A DNA stretch of 63,624 bases from the IMG/VR virus record IMGVR_UViG_3300001589_000008, positions 1 to 63,624 of that record; one strand, written 5' to 3'. This document shows, piece by piece, positions 39,901-47,226 of the stretch. The stretch is from a virus (taxonomy: Duplodnaviria; Caudoviricetes). The translations under genes were made by a program, and so were the position numbers. A model generated the notes under the pieces. That model had not been told where the DNA came from and searched no databases. It saw only the letters and a program-made list of their open reading frames with translations. The first letter of the stretch is position 1, and the number at the start of each line of letters is the position of its first letter.

Positions 39901-42701
39901 ATACAAATACAACAATAGTTGTAACAGGTATTGAGTTACTAAGAAGTGAATATACATTTACAAATATTAAAGACGTTACTAAAGGATATGACAGAGAAAT
40001 TGGTCAAATTAATTTTACTACGCCGCCTAAAGCAGGAGCGGCAATAACTGTTACATATAGTAAAGATGCAAACTTACTAGATGCACAGGATAGAATTAAT
40101 TTACTTTATAATCCTACTACGGGTATGATAGGTAAAGATATTTCGCAGTTAATGGAAGGTATTGATTACGGCGGAGTTGAAATTAAGAGTTTTGGGTTTG
40201 AAGGTAGTGCAGGTTGGGATACTGATCCGTTCTTTACAGAAACATTTGACACTTATGATAATACATATGAAGATATAATATTCCAATTAGACGGGTCAAC
40301 ATCAACACTAACATGGTCACCGGCTTTACAAACGGGAGTTACTTATAACGTTTATAAAAATAATGTAAGAATTGATGATCCTTATTATAATGATTCAAGT
40401 GAAGCAACAAATCCAAATGCTAAGATGCTTAGTATTACAGGTGCAGGTCAAACTGAATTAAATTTACAAGATTTAGGAATTATTGCAAATAATGATGATA
40501 CGTTTATAATAAGAAAAACAACTAGTGACGGTAGTTTTAAACCTGATGTTACATCTTATGATACACTACTTGATGGCGGCACCACTTTATATGATACAGC
40601 TAGGGGTATAGCGGCTTCTGAAATAGTAGTAGATGGTGACCTGTTTGTTACACCGACTACTAGCAAAGGTCCGGAAGAGTTAGTTACTGGGCAAATATTA
40701 GATACTATGGATTTAAAAGTAGTACATCGTGCAGTTGATGGCGGTAGTACAATTTATAGTGATGTATATTTTACTGATGGTACTAAAGATACATTTAGTT
40801 TAGGAGGACATCCTAATTCAGCTGATGCAGTATTTGTAAGACTTGATAATACTAAAGTTTCACCAAGTTCATATACTATAAATTATACAACTAATACTGT
40901 TACATTTACAACAGCGCCTGTAACAGGAAAACTACTGAATATAATAGTTTTGGGAGAAGCAGGACAGAAGATCCTGGATATTAATAAGTTTACAGGTGAT
41001 GGAAGTTCAGTAGAGTTTATTACTAATGTAGAATGGCAAGCTAATATGACAAACTTTGTTAATATTAACGGAGTTGCACAGTCAGTCACTATTTTCTCCG
41101 CAGGCGATAGTTATGGAGTTGATAAAGGCTATGCAGGTATTAGATTTAACACAGCACCTGCACTAGATGCAGTTATTGATTATGGATTATTTTATGCAAC
41201 AGGAACAAATTTCAGTCAAGTTGCATCGCAAACATTTACAGCAGATGGAAGTACAAAAACTTATACGTTGGCTACAGCACCAATAGGAAGCACACCTGTT
41301 GCAAATCAAACAATAGTTAAAGTTAACGGAGTTATATTAAATTCAGGATATAGTGATAGACACATTATAACAAGCTCTTTGCAATATCAATTACAAAACT
41401 GGCAATTAGGACTTAACACCATTAGAGGTGAAGATATTGAAGTTTATTTAGATGGCATTAAGTTGGTAAGGAACATTCAATATAAATGGGATTCATCTAG
41501 TAATATAGTTAACATGGTACCTAGTGTATCAACAGCAGGACAAGTACTTGATATATTTTTAGTAGTAGACGGCGAATATGCATTTGGGTATGTAGGTATC
41601 GAAGCAGGACCAGATAGTTCAACTAAGTTTATCTCAACTCCCGGAGTAATCTATTTTGATAATGCTCCAGCTCTTGATGCAACAGTTGAAGTAATTACAT
41701 TTAGTAATCACGATATCCAAGATATAGAGCGTATTAAGTATAATGTTATTACTAGAACTTCAATATCAGAAGGTACAGTAGATTTCCAAGAATATACACT
41801 ATTAACTAACGGATTTGTGAAGTTACGTAAACCAGTTAATAATTCAAAATATGTATGGGTAGTATTAAATGGAGTACAGCTAACATCAGTAATAGATTAT
41901 TATGTTACTGAAGATAAAAACCATATTAAAATAACAAAACCAATTAGTGTTAATGATACAGTTGAGTTAATACATTTTACGGCTCCTCCAACATTACAAA
42001 AGTTTGGATTTAGACAGTTTAAAGATATGTTAAACCGAACTCACTATAAGCGTATGGACGATTCGAATAAGTATATGTTAGCACAGGCTCTTAACTGGTC
42101 AGATCTAAAAATACATTTATTAGATGCAAGTCAATTGCCAACGCCTAACAAAACGTCAAAAATACCAGGAGTAGTGTTTATTGATGGAGAAAGAATTGAA
42201 TACTTTGTGAAACAAAATAATACTTTAAGACAAATACGTAGAGGAACGTTAGGTACAGGAGTTAAAACAACCTATCCAGCAGGATCCTCAGTAACAGAAC
42301 AGAGTATTGGACAAAATATTCCTTATATGGATGAAACACTTACACAAGTACTTACAGCAGACGGAACATCAACTGCTTACGAACTAGACTTTATACCAAA
42401 AAGTATAAATGAATTTGAAGTATTTGTTGCAGGTAAGCGTATGAGGAAGAACGCTATATCAATCTTTAATCCGGCTACTGACTTAGACAGTCCGGAAGGT
42501 GATGCAACTAGTGTGGCAGAGTTTAGTATAGATGGTACTACTAGTACTTTAACACTTACTACTGCTCCGTTAGAGAATCAGAAGATTATTATAGTGCGTA
42601 AAAAAGGTAAACTCTGGACAGATCCTGGAACTAGCCTAAGTAGACAAGAAAATGACATTGCGAGGTTTATTAGAACGAAAGTAACCGAGCTAGTCAAATA
42701 A
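27906..42701 (+). CDS. Giant (4931 aa) baseplate/virion structural protein, gp7-like position
   Basis: Uninterrupted ORF coupled to gp6, with FG-GAP-like propeller repeats, CBM5/12-like aromatic modules and xxGxGY and FTGDGS repeats. Confidence 0.75.
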   Translation: MAYDDQKDYPLPFNGKPGKRRTSELLPKYFRSDTNEKFLGSTIDQITSPGTAKKLNGYFGRKTAPAYSPSDNYLGDVTTTRTNYQLEPALVSKDLLNNVSFYKDYNDFRNQLDILGGTTSNESLFNSQEYYAWDSGVDWDKLTNFREYYWLPSGPAPISIFGQSDEVTSTYTVNSIDNAGNKGYAFNGNLAQNPTLELYRGQTYIFDVSTPGLPFTIRTSRLIESDNEYSTGITNSGVDNGVVTFTVPINAPDRLYYVAETDVNTGGTFRIAEIESNTSIDVATDILGKKTYTSANGTELMNGMKLNFTGTVTPEKYATGSWYVEGVGDKIILIKNTDLVIPQTYSADVEVLFDANNFDNLPYGTASSYAATKDYVVINRSSPDKNAWTRNNRWFHKSVLEKTASLNGQIFNIDQSARAKRPIIEFNAGIKLHQFGTEAKAENVDLIDTFTTDVFSTINGREGYNIDGVDVTNNMRILFTADPDLLVKDRIYKVKMIKHNSTVSQIALVEETDTLPITNQVALITKGTNAGKQYYYDGTTWKVAQLKTKINQQPLFELFDNNGISFTDSTTYPVSNFAGNKIFSYKVGTGKNDVELGFPITYRALENVGDITFDFNLVTDSFSYQVNNTPLLKNSDVGFYRIYTDIDSFTYCNGWKKASTNTISKVIRQYDVITAQTDFNIDVYNNSSTLTDLKCAVQVNNKWRFDYTLVDVDGFKTVRFSKAIPANSSVIIKTNSDTVKNANGYYEFPHSMEKNPENENLSTFTLGEVNDHVNTMIEDLPGFVGMFPGPSNLANLGNISSYGRKFLQYAGSPNTTVYHATDKDANVIKAIDYARKEYRKFKRSFIQIADTLGYDGPIKQHVDLILKEVSKNKINTDPYYFSDMIPSEGFKRLEFSVYDTENNFFSLSKAHSLSSLSSEAVLIYKNGIQLIHNKDYTFNTDGFAVITATKAKDDLIEIYEYENTDGSYIPPTPSKLGLYPTYYPEIIDDSTYQTTTRVIQGHDGSKTIAYMDYRDQLLLELEKRIFNNIKATYDTTRLDIHDYIPSIRRDTKFSKVQIDSAMMRDFVQWTESLGGVDYTSSSSFYDRSNSFTWNYTGMSTRDNKNLPGFWRAVYKNAYDTDRPHTHPWEMLGFTIMPTWWESVYGSAPYTSDNLVLWEDLQEGRVKSPGVPIEIIKKYKRKDLLKNIPVNESGQLLSPQEAGYSSGYVSPNISSSFKFGDEAPTETAWRRSGEYPFSLIKSWVLNQPHKVMGLGFDTSRMIKSLSNQWIYKTSGTALSSKSLVYPTLITDTTETHTSGLINYIVDYLNGEATTNFETYKESFKLIKNQLGIKLGSFTDKDKLKFILDSRTPFNKGNVFLPAENYNIFLNKSSPLSVASYSGVMIEKATKGFIVRGYDTTNPTFTYNEPQQTISDPNINVGGISESFLEWASGQRYLVGTNVRDSNKFYRVKQNHTSTTSFDANNFQSLVELPTTGGVTAVYRKSFDNKGTVVPYGTLLESIQDVVDFLLGYGKYLESVGFKFDYYNKELQIVEDWKLSTKEFLYFTTQNWAAGTVLSVSPSATKLEFNSKYSVIDNLYDSFYDYSILNASGEKITEELTRLNRDSGNFVVQLKNTADGLYHIVLPTVQLEHVIVLDNSSVFKDVIYSPATGYRQERIKVLGYVAAGWDGSLNIPGFIFDSAIILNWTQWTDFSIGDIVKYKEFYYTANSDVPGAEIFDPLKWARLEQKPNPKLMPNFDYKINQFADFYDLDSDNFDADQQKMAQHLIGYQKRQYLENIINDEVSQYKFYQGMIADKGTRNAIDKLFDSLASADKDSVDFFEEWAIKSAQYGASDGFEEIEYQLDESKFRLEPQPIELVSVLPTASTDLTYRIPHYDVFLKPKDYETNRLPTKFLNDEYVKTVGYVTGEDVNRAVSTPAGIMRFATSDLDKGSYVWVATDDLTWDVLKHIDSNIIVQSITQEAQTITLNCDRTVNLAINDIIGLYNIDQIVGTDTTATTVEAFYTITDVFNNKIELTSELADWEKLSSLTNLNGIITKFATQRVTTLSEANNLSTKDLQSKEVIWVDDDDTGKWKVIKNSPVYSQAQTLKSSLALDSTQHNFGHSIAVNESNTLLAVGIPDKGNGEVHIYKRSSDANNLIFDQTISAPSTYVDTYDGSTEITSQKFGESLSFSPDGKYLIIGSPHASNVKTAFKGEYVEGSNYNKNDIIKYGPNLFKAIAVIDGAVGSIPYTTFDSYADIVTDTDSSLLNLLQTGNYKLNSKANTTHLLVRAPKQAYEGSQAGDSIVLNWNNYSSINIQGSNVSVEPFDGEFPQITGTFLSATHPIVHKVENVLHIATFQNLPGVGQTVNSAVASGTVAYVGDADGSAIVYVKDVNGTFASTGQLFIEDITVGDYTEDYVNPSSNVGGYWMITTPAYETSADSSNIFVDPGHSLIYVDVIKQGSARTPNYYFNIQDNIQAIGTKTSLNDQISFIESFTYEGDPGEVFAVQPSNQWAIRVPKAFSDTKTTGDDFYLKVDNQSGQVDLTSTAFTFDILNKQHTIADVWDGYIDFVFDNFSTLNQLPFEPAIGSIVRDSSSGATAEVVFYKRQFNDVRIYVKNVTGTWSLGDDWSQTTDIIRQGSPDRTMGEVKAVSLGTSVVGKIFIITEATNFANVATTELVDKEYWIYNEITLQGIARGANIPSSNNNDWGQVNNLVASNTSNATGSGLTQEGMISVYSISEVNQFEHNNSYVIPERENFKKFGDELQITQTGVGVNILYRVAIASNGNNTESNPGSIHFIKHGRENTIGDTFVDYDWQLDINPLFRGEFNISTFYKINEIVVYNKELYSAKQNIASGSVFTIANWTKLSSTTTHVGYIPSTPEQLVIGEGIYTPQGGIRDFARKFDQDKLGQVLITSTKIQGNDSTGSRAVNVYRQVNGQFTISQTITAPYTDVSTDTLTGYGDAISISADGTLIAIGEPYNSSVASTQGKVYIYKQTAGTFALSQTLTSHNNEVAEQFGTALGFDGNVLAITSLQGNIDKPTTYDSDTTYFDNKFTKFKTVMMDSGVIYTYERINETLVYAEEFMFDDSDSMMFGKNILVSNNHVYASMPHMTDYNTYQGMVVDYRKLLGTTAWVTHRSPLDQVDLSNIKGAFIYNTKTNTLVSDIDLIDPVQGKIPGPAEQELSFKTYYDPASYNIGDASVVVDTYGGWTSDTVGKLWWDLSAVKYYNYYQNDITYQTNFWSEVFPGTDIAIWEWVESDVLPSEWDTLADTEEGIAQGISGLSKYGDTAYSQQLVWDKISNSTSTKYYFWTLNKKTTPNVDFRNLSASAVQQLIKDPAGSGYKFAALMSKDRLALYNVAPLMEDKNIALNIRYWTTTNKNQNIHNEYQMIAQGVANSKPNRDIERKWFDSLIGYDVKDRLVPDPALSVKLKYGIQDRPRQGLFINKAEALKQVIERANDVLKKNIIVDEFDISNLVKSDPAPSTSTQLYDVVADTMEDVAFVGIGNKKTPTLTPTVIDGSITQILITDAGRGYIDSTYTSGTRKGPKITVTGIGEDAQIECTLNELGQIATVNILNAGTGYDANTILTVRPFSALVSSDSNVSNKWSIYELIGTKWVRSVSQRYDTNLYWNYVDWYAPGYNSFTQVSDLISASYLLSGLNNNVGDIVKISNIGSGGWLLLEKINNTVTDDYTVNYKTVGKQDATIMFTETLYNVGKSKVGFDSNNYDTVFFDAQPVTESRIILETLRDKIFVDNLEVEYNKLFLSSIRYAFSEQPNIDWAFKSSFVKAQHNLGELAQKVTFKNDNLESYQTYINEVKPYKTKVREYVSSYEKVDPTNTTVSDFDLPPKYSLETTRIEASTAKVANEVIFGQRDVTSYPDKHWFENVGYEIKSVEIGHTGTLYNLPPVIKFEGNSGSGATAKAYLNNGKLSKIEVLTSGKGYLSAPTVILDGGLSDTGTIGRATAILGNGTARGTTVKFKFDRVSGNYHITTLATTETFTGTGTQFRYNLKWPMDRKNTNTTIVVTGIELLRSEYTFTNIKDVTKGYDREIGQINFTTPPKAGAAITVTYSKDANLLDAQDRINLLYNPTTGMIGKDISQLMEGIDYGGVEIKSFGFEGSAGWDTDPFFTETFDTYDNTYEDIIFQLDGSTSTLTWSPALQTGVTYNVYKNNVRIDDPYYNDSSEATNPNAKMLSITGAGQTELNLQDLGIIANNDDTFIIRKTTSDGSFKPDVTSYDTLLDGGTTLYDTARGIAASEIVVDGDLFVTPTTSKGPEELVTGQILDTMDLKVVHRAVDGGSTIYSDVYFTDGTKDTFSLGGHPNSADAVFVRLDNTKVSPSSYTINYTTNTVTFTTAPVTGKLLNIIVLGEAGQKILDINKFTGDGSSVEFITNVEWQANMTNFVNINGVAQSVTIFSAGDSYGVDKGYAGIRFNTAPALDAVIDYGLFYATGTNFSQVASQTFTADGSTKTYTLATAPIGSTPVANQTIVKVNGVILNSGYSDRHIITSSLQYQLQNWQLGLNTIRGEDIEVYLDGIKLVRNIQYKWDSSSNIVNMVPSVSTAGQVLDIFLVVDGEYAFGYVGIEAGPDSSTKFISTPGVIYFDNAPALDATVEVITFSNHDIQDIERIKYNVITRTSISEGTVDFQEYTLLTNGFVKLRKPVNNSKYVWVVLNGVQLTSVIDYYVTEDKNHIKITKPISVNDTVELIHFTAPPTLQKFGFRQFKDMLNRTHYKRMDDSNKYMLAQALNWSDLKIHLLDASQLPTPNKTSKIPGVVFIDGERIEYFVKQNNTLRQIRRGTLGTGVKTTYPAGSSVTEQSIGQNIPYMDETLTQVLTADGTSTAYELDFIPKSINEFEVFVAGKRMRKNAISIFNPATDLDSPEGDATSVAEFSIDGTTSTLTLTTAPLENQKIIIVRKKGKLWTDPGTSLSRQENDIARFIRTKVTELVK

Positions 42702-42704
42702 ATA
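42699..42704 (+). promoter_or_regulatory. Late promoter core TAAATA
   Basis: Overlaps the stop codon of the giant ORF, upstream of the fibre cluster. Confidence 0.6.
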
Positions 42705-42713
42705 CACATAGCA

Positions 42714-43331
42714 GTGAGAAACAAAATGACAGATAAATTAAATGATAAATCAGGAGTAGCAATAACAGGGCATATTAAGATATTTGACCCTAGCAATGGC
42801 GAAATTTATATTGATAAGCGTAATGCTATTCATTATGAAAATATGAGCATTGCACTTGCTGAAAGTTTAGCTAACGCAGGTAAAGGCCCCATTTACGAAA
42901 TGAGCTTTGGTAATGGAGGTACTAGTGTAGATCCTACAGGTATTATTACATATTTAACGCCCAATAGTACTGGAACAAATGCCAGCTTATATAACCAAAC
43001 TTTTACTAAGGTTGTTGATGATCTAAGCACAAACAATACTGACCCTGTTAGAAATAAACTAGAAACAAGGCACGTAAGTGGTACTAATTATACCGATATT
43101 GTTGTAACATGCTTATTAGATTATGGCGAACCTGCAGGCCAAGACGCATTTGATACTGCTACAGATGCAACTAGCACATATGTATTTGACGAGTTAGGAT
43201 TAAAAAGCTATGATCCAGGAGGAACAGGTAAACTAATTACTCATGTAATTTTCCATCCAGTACAAAAATCTTTGAATAGACTCATACAAATAGATTATAC
43301 TGTGCGTGTACAGAGTTTGTCAGGAGCGTAA
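42714..43331 (+). CDS. Virion structural protein (baseplate/fibre attachment-like)
   Basis: FDELGL...LITHVIFHPVQKSLNR motif; start may be the ATG at 42726. Confidence 0.6.
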   Translation: MRNKMTDKLNDKSGVAITGHIKIFDPSNGEIYIDKRNAIHYENMSIALAESLANAGKGPIYEMSFGNGGTSVDPTGIITYLTPNSTGTNASLYNQTFTKVVDDLSTNNTDPVRNKLETRHVSGTNYTDIVVTCLLDYGEPAGQDAFDTATDATSTYVFDELGLKSYDPGGTGKLITHVIFHPVQKSLNRLIQIDYTVRVQSLSGA

Positions 43332-43334
43332 TAA

Positions 43335-45380
43335 ATGCCATATACTATTAATTTTACAGATGTATCAAATAAAGGAAGCATTACTGTTGAGGATAATACC
43401 TTAAATGTCCAAACTAGTTTAAGTTTTCCAGGAAGAAGTACTACAGCGTATGGTACTGCAATTAACGAAAACTTTTTACACTTATTAGAAAATTTTGCAA
43501 AGAATTCTGCTCCAAGTAACCCTATTGAAGGACAAATTTGGTACGATAATACTCCTGGTAGTGAACAATTAAAAGTATACGATGCAACAAACTGGGTAGC
43601 ATCGGGTGGTTTAAAGAAAGCATTAACACAGCCTGAGGCATCAAGTAGTGTTGTTGGTGATCTGTGGGTTGATACTGATAATCAACAATTATATTTATTT
43701 ACTGGATCAGGATGGGTACTAATAGGTCCTGAGTTTTCAGGAGGGCTTACAACAGGTGCTCAACCAGTTGAAATTGTAGGTCAAGATAATATTACATATA
43801 ATACAGTACAAGTAGAAGTTTCGGCAAAACCAGTAGCAATTATTTCAGCAGATAGTTTTACTCCTAAAGCAACTATTAACGGGTTTACTACTATAAGTCC
43901 GGGTATTAATTTAAGTACTACTAATATTACAGGAGATGGTGCTCCTAAATTTGTAGGACCATCAACAGTTGCAGAAAATTTACTAGTAGGAACCACAAAT
44001 GTTGCGGCAGTAAACTTTTTAAGAGGCGATGCAGTAAGTACAACAAATCATCAAATTAAGATTAAAAATGATTCAGGACTATTATTAGGAACAGGTAACC
44101 AACTTGCTATTGAAGTTGAGGGCGAAGCAGGTGTTATTACACATAACACTAGTGGAAGTAATATCGATATCAGAGTTAATAATGCTGGTACAACACAAAC
44201 AGCAATGCGTATTGATTCAACAACTAATATTGGTATAAGCAACACAGCTCCAAGTGAAAAGTTAGACGTAACAGGTAATATTAAATTAAGCGGAAACTTA
44301 TTTGTAGATGGAACAACATCTAGTACAAATTTTGGTAACGGTGCTTTAGTAGTTGCAGGCGGCGCAGGAATTGCAGGAAATTTAAATGTAGGCGGATCAT
44401 TTGATATTGACGGAATTTTAACTACCCAAAATATAGCACCAGACTCACCAAACGTGAGGAATATTGGTAACTCAGCTAACAAATACTTAGGAATATATGC
44501 AACTACGTTTAATGGTAATTTATTAGGAAATGTAACTGGTACAGTTAGTGGTAGAGCAGGTAGTGCAGATAAATTAGCAAGTAGTACAAACTTTCAAATA
44601 ACAGGAGAAGTAGTAGCTAACCAATTAGTATTTGATGGTCAAACAGGCGGAAGCACAAAAGTATTTACAACGTCAGTTTCAAACGCATTTATTAGTAATA
44701 AAACAAGTACACCAAATACAGTTAGAGAAGACGAATTCTTATTAAACAGAACAACTGGAACAACTGGCCTTTATAGGGTAAGTAGAGGTGCTCTATTAGC
44801 AAGTGTACCAACTAATCCACCAGGTGTCATAATGCCATATACTGGTAGAACAGTTCCAGATACAGCAAAGTATCCAGGATGGTTATTATGTGACGGTAGT
44901 GAAATACTTCAATCACAATGGCCGGACTTATTTGTATTAATTGGGTTTGATTACAAACAAGCAAATTTATTAAGTGACGGCGGAGTTCTAAAATTTGCAT
45001 TACCTGACTTAAGAGGTAGAGGACCAATTGGTTTAGATAATATGGGCGGTAGTGCCGCTGGAAGAGTTACAGGACTAAAAGGTTCTGAAATTGGTAATAC
45101 AGGTGGTACTGAGAATGTAACTATAGGACTTAATAATTTACCTGAACATGAACATGATTTAGTTGTTGAAGGAACGCAATTTTATGCAATTTTAGATGCG
45201 GCAAAAGGTGCAGAGTCGCCTGCTTCGTCTATTGTTTTTGATGCTCCAACAGGATCAGGGCAAGGGCAAGCTGTTTCTACAAGTGGTGGAGTTTCAGGTA
45301 CAACAGGACAAGCATTAGATACAATGAATCCTTTTATGTCCGTTAATTATATTATCTATGCTGGTGAGGAAGTAACATGA
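43335..45380 (+). CDS. Tail fibre protein with C-terminal tail collar domain
   Basis: PPGVIMPYTG...GWLLCDGS...FALPDLRGR...GGTENVT...NLPEHEH...MNPFMSVNYII. Confidence 0.85.
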   Translation: MPYTINFTDVSNKGSITVEDNTLNVQTSLSFPGRSTTAYGTAINENFLHLLENFAKNSAPSNPIEGQIWYDNTPGSEQLKVYDATNWVASGGLKKALTQPEASSSVVGDLWVDTDNQQLYLFTGSGWVLIGPEFSGGLTTGAQPVEIVGQDNITYNTVQVEVSAKPVAIISADSFTPKATINGFTTISPGINLSTTNITGDGAPKFVGPSTVAENLLVGTTNVAAVNFLRGDAVSTTNHQIKIKNDSGLLLGTGNQLAIEVEGEAGVITHNTSGSNIDIRVNNAGTTQTAMRIDSTTNIGISNTAPSEKLDVTGNIKLSGNLFVDGTTSSTNFGNGALVVAGGAGIAGNLNVGGSFDIDGILTTQNIAPDSPNVRNIGNSANKYLGIYATTFNGNLLGNVTGTVSGRAGSADKLASSTNFQITGEVVANQLVFDGQTGGSTKVFTTSVSNAFISNKTSTPNTVREDEFLLNRTTGTTGLYRVSRGALLASVPTNPPGVIMPYTGRTVPDTAKYPGWLLCDGSEILQSQWPDLFVLIGFDYKQANLLSDGGVLKFALPDLRGRGPIGLDNMGGSAAGRVTGLKGSEIGNTGGTENVTIGLNNLPEHEHDLVVEGTQFYAILDAAKGAESPASSIVFDAPTGSGQGQAVSTSGGVSGTTGQALDTMNPFMSVNYIIYAGEEVT

Positions 45381-47191
45381 GTTATAAATTAAACAAAACA
45401 GACGGAACATTGCTTGTAGATTTGATAGATGGGTCAATTGATACAGCTACAACGTCACTTACATTAGTAGGAAGAAACTACTCAGGATTTGGAGAATTTT
45501 TAAACGAAAATTATATAAAGCTATTAGAAAGTTTTTCAAATTCAACAAGTCCGTTAAATCCTATACAAGGACAAGTGTGGTGGGATACATCAGATGCTAG
45601 ATTAAAAGTTTATAATGGAACACAATTTAAGGCAGTTGGAGGACCATTTGTACAATCTTCACAACCTACAATGGTTGCTGGAGATTTATGGATTAATAAT
45701 AATACTGACCAAATGTACTTTTTTGATGGAGCAGATAATCCGGTATTAGCAGGACCGTTATATTCGTCTATTCAAGGTAAGTCAGGTTTTGAGATAGTTT
45801 CTAGACTAGATGTTCAAAGTAGAACTAGAACATGTGCTGATTTATATATTGGTGGCACACTAATGGCAATTATGAGTAATATTACATTTACTCCTGGTAC
45901 TGCTATTCCTGGATTTACAGGAGATGTTAAAAAAGGTATTAACGTAATTGATACAAACTCTGCAACAGGATTTACATTGCAGGGGGTAGCAGACAAAGCA
46001 TTAAATTTAATTAAAGCAGATGGCACATCAGTTAGTGCAGATAGCTTTTTATCAGCAGTTGCAGATGGAACAACAACTGGGGCGTTACAAGTATTAAATT
46101 CAAACGGTATAACAGTTGGAGCAAATGCTAACCAAATTATGAAAGTTGTCGGTAACAGTTTTGTTACAGAAAATGCTAGAATTGATGATGATTACATTAT
46201 TAAAGTTACAAGCTCTGCGGCTGGCTCACAGGTTATTGATGCGTTACATATTGATGCATCAACTAAGCGTATTGGTATATTCCAAGATACTCCGTTGCAT
46301 ACATTAGACGTTACTGGCGATATGCGTGTAACTGGCAATTTAATTGTTGAAGGTGCCAGTGCAAGCATTGATGTTTCAACACTAAGAGTAGAGGATAAAC
46401 AAATAGAACTTGCTATCACGAATGATAGTACATTATTAAACGATTCTGGTGTAAACGATGCAGGAATAGTGGTTAGAGTTACAGGTAATGACAAAAAGTT
46501 TACATGGATAAATGCAAATAAAGCCTGGACATCATCTGAGCATATTGATATTCCAACAGGAAAAGCGTATAAACTTAATGGTGCTGACTTATTATCAGCA
46601 ACAACATTAGCTAATACGGTAACTACTGCAACTGGTTTAACTACTATTGGTACATTGGGTGCATTACAAGTTGACAACTTAAATATTAATGCGGCAACAA
46701 TTACAACTTCAGCACTAGGACTAACAATTAATAGTGCTGATACTATTACTATTGGTAATAGTAAAAAAATTACAGGAGTAGGCGCTCCTACAGCTAACGC
46801 AGATGTTACAAATAAATTATATGTCGACCAGCAAATTGCCGGCGCGGCTATTTCCTTTAGCATGGATATTACAGGACTAAATGATTCTCAAATTGCATTA
46901 GTTATTAATGATCTAGTTCCAGCATCAGGTGTGTCTAACGGAACTACAGCTAGAATACACTGTACAACACTTGGAGGTGCATCAGTAACAGGTATTGATA
47001 TAACAGCAGTATTGACTAAATCCTTTATTGCTGTTGATGCTAATGGAACACAAAATCAGTCAGTATTACAAGATATTGGATTTACCAACGCAACTGGTTC
47101 AGTATCTGTTAGTGTATCAAGAAGTTTGAAACAGTTTATCACATCAAGCGGAAGCTGGACATTTGATCAAAACCTAAGTAGTAGCGTGTAA
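45377..47191 (+). CDS. Tail fibre-like protein (paralogue of its neighbours)
   Basis: Shared N-terminal GRNYSGFGE..NENYIKLLESF...GQVWWD module. Confidence 0.7.
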   Translation: MSYKLNKTDGTLLVDLIDGSIDTATTSLTLVGRNYSGFGEFLNENYIKLLESFSNSTSPLNPIQGQVWWDTSDARLKVYNGTQFKAVGGPFVQSSQPTMVAGDLWINNNTDQMYFFDGADNPVLAGPLYSSIQGKSGFEIVSRLDVQSRTRTCADLYIGGTLMAIMSNITFTPGTAIPGFTGDVKKGINVIDTNSATGFTLQGVADKALNLIKADGTSVSADSFLSAVADGTTTGALQVLNSNGITVGANANQIMKVVGNSFVTENARIDDDYIIKVTSSAAGSQVIDALHIDASTKRIGIFQDTPLHTLDVTGDMRVTGNLIVEGASASIDVSTLRVEDKQIELAITNDSTLLNDSGVNDAGIVVRVTGNDKKFTWINANKAWTSSEHIDIPTGKAYKLNGADLLSATTLANTVTTATGLTTIGTLGALQVDNLNINAATITTSALGLTINSADTITIGNSKKITGVGAPTANADVTNKLYVDQQIAGAAISFSMDITGLNDSQIALVINDLVPASGVSNGTTARIHCTTLGGASVTGIDITAVLTKSFIAVDANGTQNQSVLQDIGFTNATGSVSVSVSRSLKQFITSSGSWTFDQNLSSSV

Positions 47192-47194
47192 CGA

Positions 47195-47200
47195 TAAATA
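47195..47200 (+). promoter_or_regulatory. Late promoter core TAAATA
   Basis: Intergenic, upstream of SD GAGG and the ATG at 47227. Confidence 0.6.
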
Positions 47201-47226
47201 TATAAACATAACGAGGTACAAAACAT

